In this document: positions 18,340 to 29,141 of the stretch, piece by piece | How positions within the stretch are numbered: the stretch's first letter is position 1 | Layout of the letters: each line of letters starts with the position of its first letter | Source: Chloroflexota bacterium | GTDB lineage: Bacteria > Chloroflexota > UBA11872 > VXOZ01 | Assembly (NCBI GenBank): GCA_963662335.2 | Contig: CAXXVD010000002.1 | Span: 256,001-320,000, forward strand | Direction: 5' to 3' | DNA length: 64,000 nt | Made by a program: the position numbers and the translations under genes | The notes under the pieces: model-generated | Told to the model about the DNA's origin: nothing | Database searches by the model: none | The model's input: the letters and a program-made list of their open reading frames with translations, nothing else

Positions 18340-19248
18340 ATGTTCCCAAACGGCGCCGAATTCGCGCTCAGCCTCACCTTCGACATCGAGATGACCCCCA
18401 ATTTCCCGTACTGGACCTCCAAGTGGAACCACCGCAAGGGACAGATTGACGAGGGCACCAAGCTCTACCTGCGGCGCATGAGCGAGATCGCCACGGGCTA
18501 CGGCGTCAAGCTGCAATACTTCCTGGTGGGCAGCGCGCTGGAAGACCCGGACATCGACTATCTGAAGCAACTGGTGGACGACGGCCACGCCATCGACAAC
18601 CACACCTACACCCACGTGAACGTCAAGGCCAAGACGATCGACGGCTTGCAGGAGGTCTACGCCAACGCGCCCTGGAAGGCGGCTGGTCTCACGCCTTTGG
18701 AAGCAATCCGCCAGGAAATCCGGCAGACAAGCGACGCGATCGAAGAAAAGTTGGGCGAACGGCCCCAGGGCTTTCGCACGCCGGGCGGCTTCGAGGGCGG
18801 CTTGGACGACGTGCCGGCAGTGCAGGACGTGCTCAAGGACGAGGGCTTTCGCTTTGCCTCGGCCAACTACCACTATCCGGTAGACCCCCAGGTGCGGCAT
18901 CAGCCCACAGAGACGCTGGAGGCGGCCTTCCACGCCAGCTTGAACAAGCTCCAGCCGTACCGCTACCCCAACGGCCTGCTGGAAATCCCCCTCATGGGCA
19001 TCACGTCAATATGGGCCTTCCGGCACATGGACCTGGACCGCTGGGAGTTCATCGACCTGATCAAGGCCGGCGTGGACCACGCGCACGAGAATAAGCAGAT
19101 CTTCAGCTTGTGCTGCCACCCGTCGGACATCGCCGCGCGCGACCCGCACTGCGACATGGTCGACGCCGTGCTGCGCCACGCGCTGGACAAACCCGGCGGC
19201 TGCTGGGCCACCACCAACCGCGAGATTGCGGACCACTTGAATAGTTGA
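18340..19248 (+). CDS. polysaccharide deacetylase family, paralog 2
   Basis: LTFDIE, HTYTH, GFRTPGG; colinear with paralog 1; ATG after AAGGA. Confidence 0.85.
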   Translation: MFPNGAEFALSLTFDIEMTPNFPYWTSKWNHRKGQIDEGTKLYLRRMSEIATGYGVKLQYFLVGSALEDPDIDYLKQLVDDGHAIDNHTYTHVNVKAKTIDGLQEVYANAPWKAAGLTPLEAIRQEIRQTSDAIEEKLGERPQGFRTPGGFEGGLDDVPAVQDVLKDEGFRFASANYHYPVDPQVRHQPTETLEAAFHASLNKLQPYRYPNGLLEIPLMGITSIWAFRHMDLDRWEFIDLIKAGVDHAHENKQIFSLCCHPSDIAARDPHCDMVDAVLRHALDKPGGCWATTNREIADHLNS

Positions 19249-19286
19249 CGTACCCCCGCGCAGAGCGAGAGGATGGCGGAAGCATC

Positions 19287-20405
19287 ATGGAGACTGCGGA
19301 CGTTGTAGTGATCGGCGGCGGCATCGTCGGCACGACGATTACGTATCATCTCGCCAAAGCCGGCGCCGGCAAGGTGGTGCTCTGCGAACGCAAGACGATC
19401 GGCTCCGGCACCAGTTCCATGTCCGGCGCCATGTGCGGCCAGCAGGCGGAGATGACGGACACCATCGCCAGGCTGGCGGTGCGCGCCCGCGACATCTACG
19501 ACAACTTCGGCGACGTCATCGGCGGCGACTGCGGCTTCTTCAAATATGGCATCTTGAATCTCTTCAACACCATGGAGTTAGCCGAAAAGGCGGCCGCGAA
19601 CGCGCGGAAGAACGGCTCGGCGGCGCGCGCTATCACCCTGGACGAGGCCAAAGACTACTACCCGGAAGCCAATCTGGATGGCGCGGGCGCGGCGCTGCTC
19701 TACGGCGAGACCGGCAACGTGGACGCCTACCGCACCATGCAGTCCTACGTGGCCGGCGCGCGGGCGCACGGCGCGGAAATCCGCGAGTTCACGCCGGTTA
19801 CCCACATCCACGCCAAGAACGGGCGCATTGAAAGGCTGGAAACGCCCGGCGGGGCAATCGCGCCCGGCAAGGTGGTGCTCGCCTGCGGGCCGTGGAGCCA
19901 CAAGGTGGCGCGTTCCGCCGGTCTGCGCCTGCCAATCCAGCCCTCGCAGGTCGGCGTCTCGTTCTACCGCCAGCCGCCGGATTTCTACGACCGGCCGCCG
20001 GTCTTTAGCGTAGAACTCGCCATCATCCCCTGGCACAACAAGCACTTCCGCGTCCTCTGCGACCGCCGCAACCCGCTGGTGAAGATCGAACCGGACCCGA
20101 CGAACGCCGTGCCGCCGCAGTGGATGGTGGACTGGACGACGGAGGTGATCCAGCGGCGGCTGCCCAAGATGAAGCGCGGCCGCTTCCAGGGCGCGTACCA
20201 GACCTGCTACGACGACACACCCGACCTGAAACCGCTCCTGGGCTATATTGCGGGCTACGAAAACCTCTTTCTCGATTGCGGCTGGAGCGGCCGGGGCTTC
20301 AAGTTCTCGGTAGCGCTGGGCGAGTACAATGCCAGGTGGATCATGGAAGGTAGAACCGAACTCGATCTCGCGCCCTGGCTGGCCAGCCGTTTCCTGGGCG
20401 CATGA
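19287..20405 (+). CDS. FAD-dependent oxidoreductase (DAO/sarcosine oxidase beta-like)
   Basis: DVVVIGGGIVG, VVLACGPWS, TPDLKPLLG, GWSGRGFK. Confidence 0.88.
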   Translation: METADVVVIGGGIVGTTITYHLAKAGAGKVVLCERKTIGSGTSSMSGAMCGQQAEMTDTIARLAVRARDIYDNFGDVIGGDCGFFKYGILNLFNTMELAEKAAANARKNGSAARAITLDEAKDYYPEANLDGAGAALLYGETGNVDAYRTMQSYVAGARAHGAEIREFTPVTHIHAKNGRIERLETPGGAIAPGKVVLACGPWSHKVARSAGLRLPIQPSQVGVSFYRQPPDFYDRPPVFSVELAIIPWHNKHFRVLCDRRNPLVKIEPDPTNAVPPQWMVDWTTEVIQRRLPKMKRGRFQGAYQTCYDDTPDLKPLLGYIAGYENLFLDCGWSGRGFKFSVALGEYNARWIMEGRTELDLAPWLASRFLGA

Positions 20406-20429
20406 GCGGCTGCAGCAAGGATTGATTGC

Positions 20430-21674
<1,245 letters not shown>

Positions 21675-21684
21675 GACGGACACA

Positions 21685-22152
21685 GTGGCGTCTGCGCAGG
21701 AATCAAGCGAAACGAGAGACGACGACACCGCCGCGTGGCTCGACGGCCTGCGCGCCCTCCTGGCCGCCGTGCGAGACACGCCGGTGCATGAGGTAGAATT
21801 GCGCTTTGGCGGAACCGCGGTGCATCTCCGCCGCCGCCCCGGCCTTGTGCGCCAGGCCCCGGCAGTGGCCGCCTCCATGCCGGAGACGGAAGCGCCGCCT
21901 GGGACGACAATTCACGCGCCGCTGAACGGCATCTACTACGACCGCTCAAGCCCGGAAGCCGAGCCGTTCGTGCAGGTGGGAGACCACGTCGGGCCCGGCC
22001 AGGTGGTTGCCCTGATCGAGGCCATGAAAGTCTTCAACGAGGTGCACGCCGAACAGCCCGGCCGCGTGGCGTCATTGCTGGTAGAATCCGGTGACATGGT
22101 GCAGAGCGGGCAAGATTTGATCGCGCTGGAGGCGGAAGCGGCAAGCGCCTAA
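21685..22152 (+). CDS. accB: biotin carboxyl carrier protein
   Basis: IEAMKVFNE biotinylation motif, PFVQVGD; start uncertain (21664 or 21685). Confidence 0.88.
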   Translation: MASAQESSETRDDDTAAWLDGLRALLAAVRDTPVHEVELRFGGTAVHLRRRPGLVRQAPAVAASMPETEAPPGTTIHAPLNGIYYDRSSPEAEPFVQVGDHVGPGQVVALIEAMKVFNEVHAEQPGRVASLLVESGDMVQSGQDLIALEAEAASA

Positions 22153-22183
22153 CGCAAGCGCCTGCCTGGACTTCCTTTCCCGC

Positions 22184-22283
22184 GTAGCGCGGGGGCTTGT
22201 CCCCCGCACGTGCGGCCGGGGACGCAGGTTACAAACCTGCGCTACCGGACTGGCGGAAAGTAGCGCGGGGGCTTGTCCCCCGC
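22184..22283. repeat. REP doublet unit (same as the 76-bp unit at 1066)
   Basis: GTAGCGCGGGGGCTTGTCCCCCGCACGTGCGGCCGGGGACGCAGGTTACAAACCTGCGCTAC plus the next REP at 22260. Confidence 0.88.
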
Positions 22284-22368
22284 CTGTGGCAGCAGGTACA
22301 GGTAAAGACATCGCACAGGTCGCACACCCAACGAACACGGCAGAAGCCTGCGCTAAGGAGCGAAGCAG

Positions 22369-22962
22369 ATGACGGCACGAGAGACGATACTCAGCGGCGC
22401 AAACGCGCGCGGCGCGCTCACGGCAATCGCCATTGCGACCTTTGCGGCGGGGCTGCTTGCCCTGTCGGCGCGGGCGGAGTTTCACCTGTGGTTCACGCCG
22501 GTGCCCATCACGCTGCAAGTGCTGGTGGTGCTGCTCATCGGCCTCAGTTTCTCGCCGCGCCTCTCGTTCCTGGCCCTGGCCGAATACGTCGGCGCCGGCA
22601 TCGCGGGCCTGCCGGTCTTCTCCGGCGGCGGCTCCGGCATTGCCTGGATGCTGGGGCCAACCGGCGGCTACATCTGGGGCTTCCTGTTTGCCGCGCCGCT
22701 GGTCGGCATTCTCGTCCGCTGGCTGGGGCCCCGTTGGGCAATCGTCGCGGCCCTGGCCGGCATTGCCGTCATCTACGTGCTTGGTTGGTACCACCTATCC
22801 CAGTGGTACTATCTGGTGAGAGACGAACTCAGCCCGTGGCTGCTCGCCTACCGCAACGGCGTGGAGCCGTTCGTCTTGATTGACATTGCAAAGGCCATCG
22901 TGGCCGTCGGCCTGGTGTACGGCGCCGCGCGCCTGGGCCTGCCCATGGGCAAGCGGGAGTGA
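22369..22962 (+). CDS. bioY: biotin transporter BioY
   Basis: PVPITLQ, GLPVFSGG, GPTGGYIWGF, PF...D..K. Confidence 0.93.
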   Translation: MTARETILSGANARGALTAIAIATFAAGLLALSARAEFHLWFTPVPITLQVLVVLLIGLSFSPRLSFLALAEYVGAGIAGLPVFSGGGSGIAWMLGPTGGYIWGFLFAAPLVGILVRWLGPRWAIVAALAGIAVIYVLGWYHLSQWYYLVRDELSPWLLAYRNGVEPFVLIDIAKAIVAVGLVYGAARLGLPMGKRE

Positions 22963-22997
22963 GCGGACGCGGCAGCAGCCCCACGTTCCCGCTCCTG

Positions 22998-23163
22998 GGC
23001 TGACAGGGGTAGGTAAATGTCATTCCGAGCGCAGCGAGGAATCTAAAAGATGCTGATTTTGCAGGGCTGCGCTCTGGATTCCGCGAACAGGGTTCGACAC
23101 TGCGCTGCGCTCCGTTCGGAATGACAGGTGAAGTCGATTATAGAATGCCTACCCCTGTCAGCC
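22998..23163. mobile_element. second MITE-like element enclosing a REP inverted pair
   Basis: perfect 16-bp TIR GGCTGACAGGGGTAGG / CCTACCCCTGTCAGCC; flanks GCTCCTG / TCTCCTG. Confidence 0.65.
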
Positions 23164-23318
23164 TCTCCTGGGGGAGAGGGTTAGGGTGAGGGGGACTTCT
23201 AGCCGCCGGACGCGCCGCCGGCCACTTTCTAAACAGGCGCCGGTGGTTATATACTTGATGCGGAGCTTTGGCGTCTTATCGTACTATCCCGTTTGTACAA
23301 CGTGTAGAGGAGCTAGGC

Positions 23319-23558
23319 ATGAGCGATACGCTGGAACAGGTAAAGGCGGTAGTGGCGGACAAGCTCGGCGCGGACGCCGCCGAGATTACCGAGGATACGC
23401 GCTTCCAGGAGGACCTGGAAGCGGACTCGCTCGATCTTGTCGAACTCATCATGGCGCTGGAAGATGAGTACAGCATCCAGATTTCCGATGAAGAGGCGCA
23501 GGAAATCCGCAGTATCAAGGATGCCGTAGCGTATATCGAACAGCAGACCTCCGGCTAG
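23319..23558 (+). CDS. acpP: acyl carrier protein
   Basis: DLEADSLDLVELIMALEDE; GAGGAG RBS. Confidence 0.96.
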   Translation: MSDTLEQVKAVVADKLGADAAEITEDTRFQEDLEADSLDLVELIMALEDEYSIQISDEEAQEIRSIKDAVAYIEQQTSG

Positions 23559-23657
23559 CGCCGCTCTTGTCCCCTCTCCCTGGGGGAGAGGGCGAGGGTG
23601 AGGGTTAAGCGGAGAGAAGCACTGCGTAGAAGGGGCGCTCGCGCGGACACGCCTGCT

Positions 23658-24425
23658 ATGGATCTTGCGCTCAACGGACACGTTGCCCTGGTCACCGGCG
23701 CCAGCCGCGGCATTGGCAAAGGCATCGCCGCCGCGCTGGCGGCGGAAGGCTGCAAACTGGCCATCTGCGCCCGGGGCGCGGACACGCTGGCGGAAACGGC
23801 GGCGGAACTGCGGGCCGGCGGCGCGGCGGTCCACGCCATCGCGCGCGACGTCACCGAACCGGACGCGGCGGCGCACATCGTCGCCGAAACCGCTGCGGCC
23901 TTCGGCCAACTCAACATCCTCGTGAACAACGTCGGCGGCAACAACCGCACGCCGTTCGGGCAACAGAGCGATGCAGAGTGGCGGGAGGTCATCGACGCGA
24001 ACCTGCTGGCGGGCGTGCGCATGACCCGCGCCGCGCTGCCGCATCTGGCCGCGGCCGGCGGCTCGGTGGTGTTCGTCGCGTCGATTTGGGGCCGGGAACT
24101 TGGCGGGCCGCCCGTCTACGTCAGCACGAAAGCCGCCGCCATCGGCCTGGCGTCCAGCCTGGCCCGCGAACTCGCGCCCCAAGGTATACGCGTGAACAGC
24201 GTCGCGCCGGGGTCGATCCGCTTTTCCGGCGGCAGTTGGGACCGGCGCGTGCGCGACGACCCGGCGGGCATGGCCGACTTCGTGGCGCGGGAGATTCCCG
24301 GCGGCCGCTTCGGCACGGTGGCGGAAGTGGCCGACGTGGTCGCGTTCCTCGCCTCGCCCCGCGCCGGTTGGGTGAACGGCGCGTGCATCCCGGTGGACGG
24401 CTGCCAGTCCCGCTCGCTTATCTAG
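23658..24425 (+). CDS. SDR family oxidoreductase
   Basis: TGASRGIG, YVSTK, VNSVAPG. Confidence 0.9.
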   Translation: MDLALNGHVALVTGASRGIGKGIAAALAAEGCKLAICARGADTLAETAAELRAGGAAVHAIARDVTEPDAAAHIVAETAAAFGQLNILVNNVGGNNRTPFGQQSDAEWREVIDANLLAGVRMTRAALPHLAAAGGSVVFVASIWGRELGGPPVYVSTKAAAIGLASSLARELAPQGIRVNSVAPGSIRFSGGSWDRRVRDDPAGMADFVAREIPGGRFGTVAEVADVVAFLASPRAGWVNGACIPVDGCQSRSLI

Positions 24426-24750
24426 GCAGCGCCGAGACGGCGGCTATGCTCGGCGCGGCTCACGTTGCGGGCAACCGCTCGGTGTCACTCCTGTACGTGT
24501 TGAGTAGTCACCATGGCCGGACAATGGCCGCACAAGGGAATGAGAGTGACAGCGCGTTCTCTGTCCGTCATTCCCGCGAACGCGGGAATGACGGATTACG
24601 TCGCGCCACTTTCAGATTTATCCTCTGGCAAATTCTCCGTCTCACACTGGGTGTTGACTGCTAGCTTCAATCCCAGCGCAGCGAGGAATCTCAGGCGCAG
24701 GTTGCAAACCCGCGCTACCGGAGAGAAGCATATGACGATTGGAGTGCCCC

Positions 24751-25494
24751 GTGCCGGCTGACCGCTCTGGCGATGATCTTGACAAGCTCCGCAACGTCCT
24801 CGGCGCGCCCGGCGCGGACTCGGCGCTCATTACGCAAGCTCTCACGCACCGTTCATATGCCCACGAACACGGCCTCTCAAGTCTTTACAGCAATGAACGG
24901 CTGGAGTTTCTCGGCGATGCCGTTATCGAACTGGTGGTAGCCGATCTCCTCTACCGCCGGTATCCCACCAAGACCGAAGGGGAATTGACGCGCCTGCGGG
25001 CGGCGCTGGTGCGCAAGGAGCGCTTGTGCCTCCTGGCGCAGGACGCGGGCCTGGGCGCGCTGCTCCGCCTGGGCAAGGGTGAAGAAGCGAATCGCGGCCG
25101 GGAGCGCGACTCCATCCTGGCGAGCGGCTTCGAAGCGGTGATCGGCGCGCTCTTCCTGGAAACCTCGTACGCGCACGTGCGGACCGTGCTCTTGCCGCAC
25201 GTGGAAGCGGCGGCGGCGCACGTTTTGAGCACCGCCAGCGACCGCAACGCCAAGACCGAACTGCAAGAGTGCCTGCAAGCGGAGCACAACGTCACGCCGA
25301 CGTATCGGGTGCTGCGCGCCAGCGGCGCCGACCACGCCAAACACTTCGTCGTGGGCGTCTACCAGGAGAAGATCCTGCTCGCAACCGGCGAAGGCGCCAA
25401 CACCCAAAAGGCCGAGCAAGCGGCCGCGGCCCGGGCGCTGGCGCAAATCCAGGCTAAAGAACCGCTGGCGGCAGATCCCGCGACGCTCTCCTAG
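24751..25494 (+). CDS. rnc: ribonuclease III
   Basis: ALTHRS, NERLEFLGDAV, FEAVIGA, dsRBD KTELQE; GTG 24751 follows GGAG. Confidence 0.95.
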   Translation: MPADRSGDDLDKLRNVLGAPGADSALITQALTHRSYAHEHGLSSLYSNERLEFLGDAVIELVVADLLYRRYPTKTEGELTRLRAALVRKERLCLLAQDAGLGALLRLGKGEEANRGRERDSILASGFEAVIGALFLETSYAHVRTVLLPHVEAAAAHVLSTASDRNAKTELQECLQAEHNVTPTYRVLRASGADHAKHFVVGVYQEKILLATGEGANTQKAEQAAAARALAQIQAKEPLAADPATLS

Positions 25495-25499
25495 TCCTT

Positions 25500-28400
25500 A
25501 TGTTCCTCACCCAACTCGAAATCCACGGCTTCAAGACCTTCCCCACCCGCACCACGCTGGCTTTTCCCCAGGGCATCAGCGCCATCGTCGGTCCGAACGG
25601 CAGTGGCAAGAGCAACCTGGCCGACGCCATCCGCTGGGCGCTGGGCGAGCAGAGCATGCTGGCCCTACGGGGACGCAAGAGCGAGGACGTGGTCTTTGCG
25701 GGCACGCCGCGCCGCGCCCGCAGCGGCATGACCGAGGTCGCGCTCACGTTCGACAACGAGGACGGGGCCTTCCCGCTGGAACTTGCCGAGATCAGCATCG
25801 CGCGGCGGGCGTACCGCTCCGGCGAGAACGAGTATCTCCTCAACGGCAATCGCGTGCGCCTGCGCGACATCCAGCAACTCCTGGCGGAAGCCGGCATCGG
25901 CCAGGGACTCATGATCGGCCAGGGGCTGGTGGACCAGGTGCTGGCGCAGCGGCCGGAGGAGCGCCGCGTCCTGCTGGAAGAAGCCGCGGGCGTGCGCGCG
26001 CTCTACATGCAGGAGCACGAGGCGGAGAATAAGCTGGCCCGCGTCCACGACAACATGAACCGCGTGCGCGACATCCTGCTGGAGTTGGAGCCGCGCCTGA
26101 CCCTGCTCGAAACCCAAGCCCAAGAGGCCCAGAAAGCGGAGACGCTCCAGGGGGAACTCGCCCAGACGCTGCACGATTGGTACGCGGCGCAACTGGCGCA
26201 ACTGGTGGCGGAGGAAGAAGCGGCCGGCCGGGACGTAGCAGGAATCCAGGCAACGCTCGCCACGCTGGAAGCGGAACTCGCCGGCCAAGCCCGCGAGCGC
26301 CGGCGTTTGGAGCAGGAAACGCAGGAACACGAGCAGTCCCTGCACCGCACCGAGGCGCGCCTGGCGGGTCTGCGCACCCGCCAGCGCGACCTGGCGCAAC
26401 GGCAGGCCGTCCAGCAGGAACGGCACACCCATTTGCAACGCGGCGTGGAGGAAGCCGCGGCCCGTGAAGCGGAGCTTGCCGAGCGCCACGCCGCCGTCGC
26501 CGCGCGCCTGCCGCGGCGGGAAACCGCCCTGGCGGACACAACCGAGGCGCTCACCGCGCGCCAGGCGGAGTGGCACGCGGCCAGGGACGGCATCGCGGAC
26601 CAGGAACGCGCGCGCCAGGAGGCCGATGAAGCCCTGCAAGCGTTGCGGCAGGAGGGCGTTGCCGTTGCCGAGCGGCTGAGCAGCCTCAACGCGGCGATCA
26701 ACGACGCGAAACGCCAACGCGAAGCGGTATTGACCCGCGCCGCGGAAGCGGCGGAACAACTGCAACACGTCCGCACGCAACAGCGCGACCGGGCGGCGTC
26801 CCTGGCGACGTTGCGGGAACGAGCGGATTCGCTCCACGCGCAGGCAGCCGCCGCGCACGCCGCCAACGCCGCCGCGGAAGCGGCGCGGGCCGAGACGGAG
26901 CAAGTGGCCCGCGACCTGGAGCGCGCGCGCCAAACATCGCTGCGCCTACGCGCCGACCTGGAAGGCCGCGCCGCCGCTTTGCACGCGCTCCTGGCGGGCG
27001 CTTCCGCCGGTGATGAACTCGCGCCCGCGGCGGTTGCGGCCCAGGCGGGCGTGCCGCTGCTGCCCACGCTTGCCGGGGTAGACCTGCCGGATACCTGCGC
27101 CACCGCGCTGGCGGCGGCCCTGCCCAGCGAGGCGTTCCTGGCCGCCACGGGCACGGACGCGGCGCAACTCGTCGCCCACGCGGTCAGCGCGGGAGCCGCA
27201 CAGGCCACCGTGCTGGCAGCCGACCTCCTGGCCGCGCCGGCGCTGCCGCCGCCCGCTCTCCCCGGCGTAGTCGGCTGCGCCGCCGACCTTGTCGCGTTGC
27301 CCCCGGCGAGCGCCGCGCTGGAGCCGGTGCTGCGCGCCATTCTGGTGGTAGAAGACATCTCCGCCGCGCTTGCCGTTGCCGCCCGGCAGCCCTGGCCGCT
27401 GCTCGTCAGCCTGGACGGCGTGGTCTACGGCGGCGGCGTCTTCCGCTATGCTCAGGCGTCCGCGCAACGCGGCCGGCAGCACGCCCAGTATGCGCGGCTT
27501 GCCGCGCGCCTAGCCGAAGTGCGCCGCCAGTGCGAAGAGTTGGAGGAAAGAGAAACCGCCCTGCGCGCCCAGTTGGAACAAGCGCGCGCGGCGGCCCAGG
27601 AAACGGCTACGGCGCACGCCCAGCGTCTCGACGCGGCCCGCGCCGCCGCCACCGCGTTGCAACGACACACGCAAGAGTATGACGAGTTGACCCGCCAGTG
27701 CGCCTGGTGGGAGCAGGTAGAGCAGGAGGCGCGCGCGCAGCGAGATGAGTTCGCGGAGACCATCGCCGCCCGCGAGCGTGAAGCGCCGCTGGCCGTTGCC
27801 GCCCGGGAGCGCCTGGCGCGGGCAATCGGCGAGCGGGAGCGGGCAAGCCATACGCTGCAACAGGAGGTGGAAGCCCAGCGCGCCGCCGTGAGCGCCTTGC
27901 AGACACAACTCGCCGTCCAGCAGCAGCGCAAAGAGCACCTGACGCGCGCCATTACCCAGTTGCGCGCCGACCAACGCGGATTGGAGCGCGAACGCGGCCG
28001 GAGCGCCCACACCCGCGCCGAGCGGGAAGAGGCGCTGCGTGCGCTCCGGGCAGACCTGACGGCAACCGGAGCGGCTGTGCAGCAGACGGCAGCCCACGTG
28101 GAAGAAGCCGCCGCGCAAAGAGCGCAACAACGCGCCGCATTGGAGCAGTTGCGCGTGCGGCTCGGCGTTTGCGCCCAGACCTGCGCCGACCTGGAAGAAG
28201 AACGGACCGCCCGTGAACGGGACTGCATTCGCGCCGAGCAGGCGCTGGCCGGCGTGCGGCAGCGGCGTGAGGATACGGTGGTGCGCTGGTTGAGCGACGA
28301 GCCGGACGCGGAGCCGGTTCCCACGCCTTCCGCCGAACCCGTGGAAACCTTGCAGCGCCGGGTCGCGTCGCTGCGCAACCGCCTGCGCCGCATCGGCCCG

Positions 28401-29018
28401 GTCAATCCCCTGGCCGTGGCAGAGTTCACCCAGTTGCGGGAGCGCGCGGACTTCCTCCGCGAGCAGGTGGCGGATCTGGAAGCCGCCGCGCGCGACCTGG
28501 ACGAGGTGAAGCGCCAACTCCGCCGCACCATTCGCGACGACTTCCTGGCTACCTGCCAGCAGGTGGCGGCGGACTTTCGCGCCATGGTGCAGGCGCTCTT
28601 CGACGGCGGCGACGCCGAACTGAGCCTGACCGATCCCCACAATCCCGCCGAGACCGGTATCGAAATCACCGTGCGCCTGCCGGGCAAGCGGCGGCAGGCG
28701 CTCTCGCTCCTCTCCGGCGGCGAGCGCGCGCTGGTGGCGCTGGCCCTGCTCTTTGCGCTGCTCAGCGCCCGCGCCGCGCCGCTCTGCCTGCTGGACGAGG
28801 CGGACGCGATGCTGGATGAGACGAATACCGTCCGCTTCTGCCGCCTGCTCCGCGAATACGGCCGCCGCACCCAGTTCTTGGTGATTACGCACAATCGTGG
28901 CACTATGGAGATGGCGGACGCGCTCTTTGGTGTTAGCATGGTAGAGGAGGGTGTATCGCAGGTGCTCTCCCTCCGCCTGGAAGAGTTGCGCGAACAGGTG
29001 CTTTCGCCCACGGGCTAG
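25500..29018 (+). CDS. smc: chromosome segregation protein SMC
   Basis: GFKTF, GPNGSGKSN Walker A, long coiled coils, LSGGE, LLDE Walker B, VITHN. Confidence 0.95.
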   Translation: MFLTQLEIHGFKTFPTRTTLAFPQGISAIVGPNGSGKSNLADAIRWALGEQSMLALRGRKSEDVVFAGTPRRARSGMTEVALTFDNEDGAFPLELAEISIARRAYRSGENEYLLNGNRVRLRDIQQLLAEAGIGQGLMIGQGLVDQVLAQRPEERRVLLEEAAGVRALYMQEHEAENKLARVHDNMNRVRDILLELEPRLTLLETQAQEAQKAETLQGELAQTLHDWYAAQLAQLVAEEEAAGRDVAGIQATLATLEAELAGQARERRRLEQETQEHEQSLHRTEARLAGLRTRQRDLAQRQAVQQERHTHLQRGVEEAAAREAELAERHAAVAARLPRRETALADTTEALTARQAEWHAARDGIADQERARQEADEALQALRQEGVAVAERLSSLNAAINDAKRQREAVLTRAAEAAEQLQHVRTQQRDRAASLATLRERADSLHAQAAAAHAANAAAEAARAETEQVARDLERARQTSLRLRADLEGRAAALHALLAGASAGDELAPAAVAAQAGVPLLPTLAGVDLPDTCATALAAALPSEAFLAATGTDAAQLVAHAVSAGAAQATVLAADLLAAPALPPPALPGVVGCAADLVALPPASAALEPVLRAILVVEDISAALAVAARQPWPLLVSLDGVVYGGGVFRYAQASAQRGRQHAQYARLAARLAEVRRQCEELEERETALRAQLEQARAAAQETATAHAQRLDAARAAATALQRHTQEYDELTRQCAWWEQVEQEARAQRDEFAETIAAREREAPLAVAARERLARAIGERERASHTLQQEVEAQRAAVSALQTQLAVQQQRKEHLTRAITQLRADQRGLERERGRSAHTRAEREEALRALRADLTATGAAVQQTAAHVEEAAAQRAQQRAALEQLRVRLGVCAQTCADLEEERTARERDCIRAEQALAGVRQRREDTVVRWLSDEPDAEPVPTPSAEPVETLQRRVASLRNRLRRIGPVNPLAVAEFTQLRERADFLREQVADLEAAARDLDEVKRQLRRTIRDDFLATCQQVAADFRAMVQALFDGGDAELSLTDPHNPAETGIEITVRLPGKRRQALSLLSGGERALVALALLFALLSARAAPLCLLDEADAMLDETNTVRFCRLLREYGRRTQFLVITHNRGTMEMADALFGVSMVEEGVSQVLSLRLEELREQVLSPTG

Positions 29019-29141
29019 AAGCCCACAGGCAAGAGCAGACGCGCTAGAGGCTGCGCGGCCCCGTCCGTTCCCTGCCACTGGTCCGCCGCCCTGCCTTTGG
29101 GCGGTTGTTCTGCCGTTGGGTGGTCGGCGCGCCGGAGTCCG

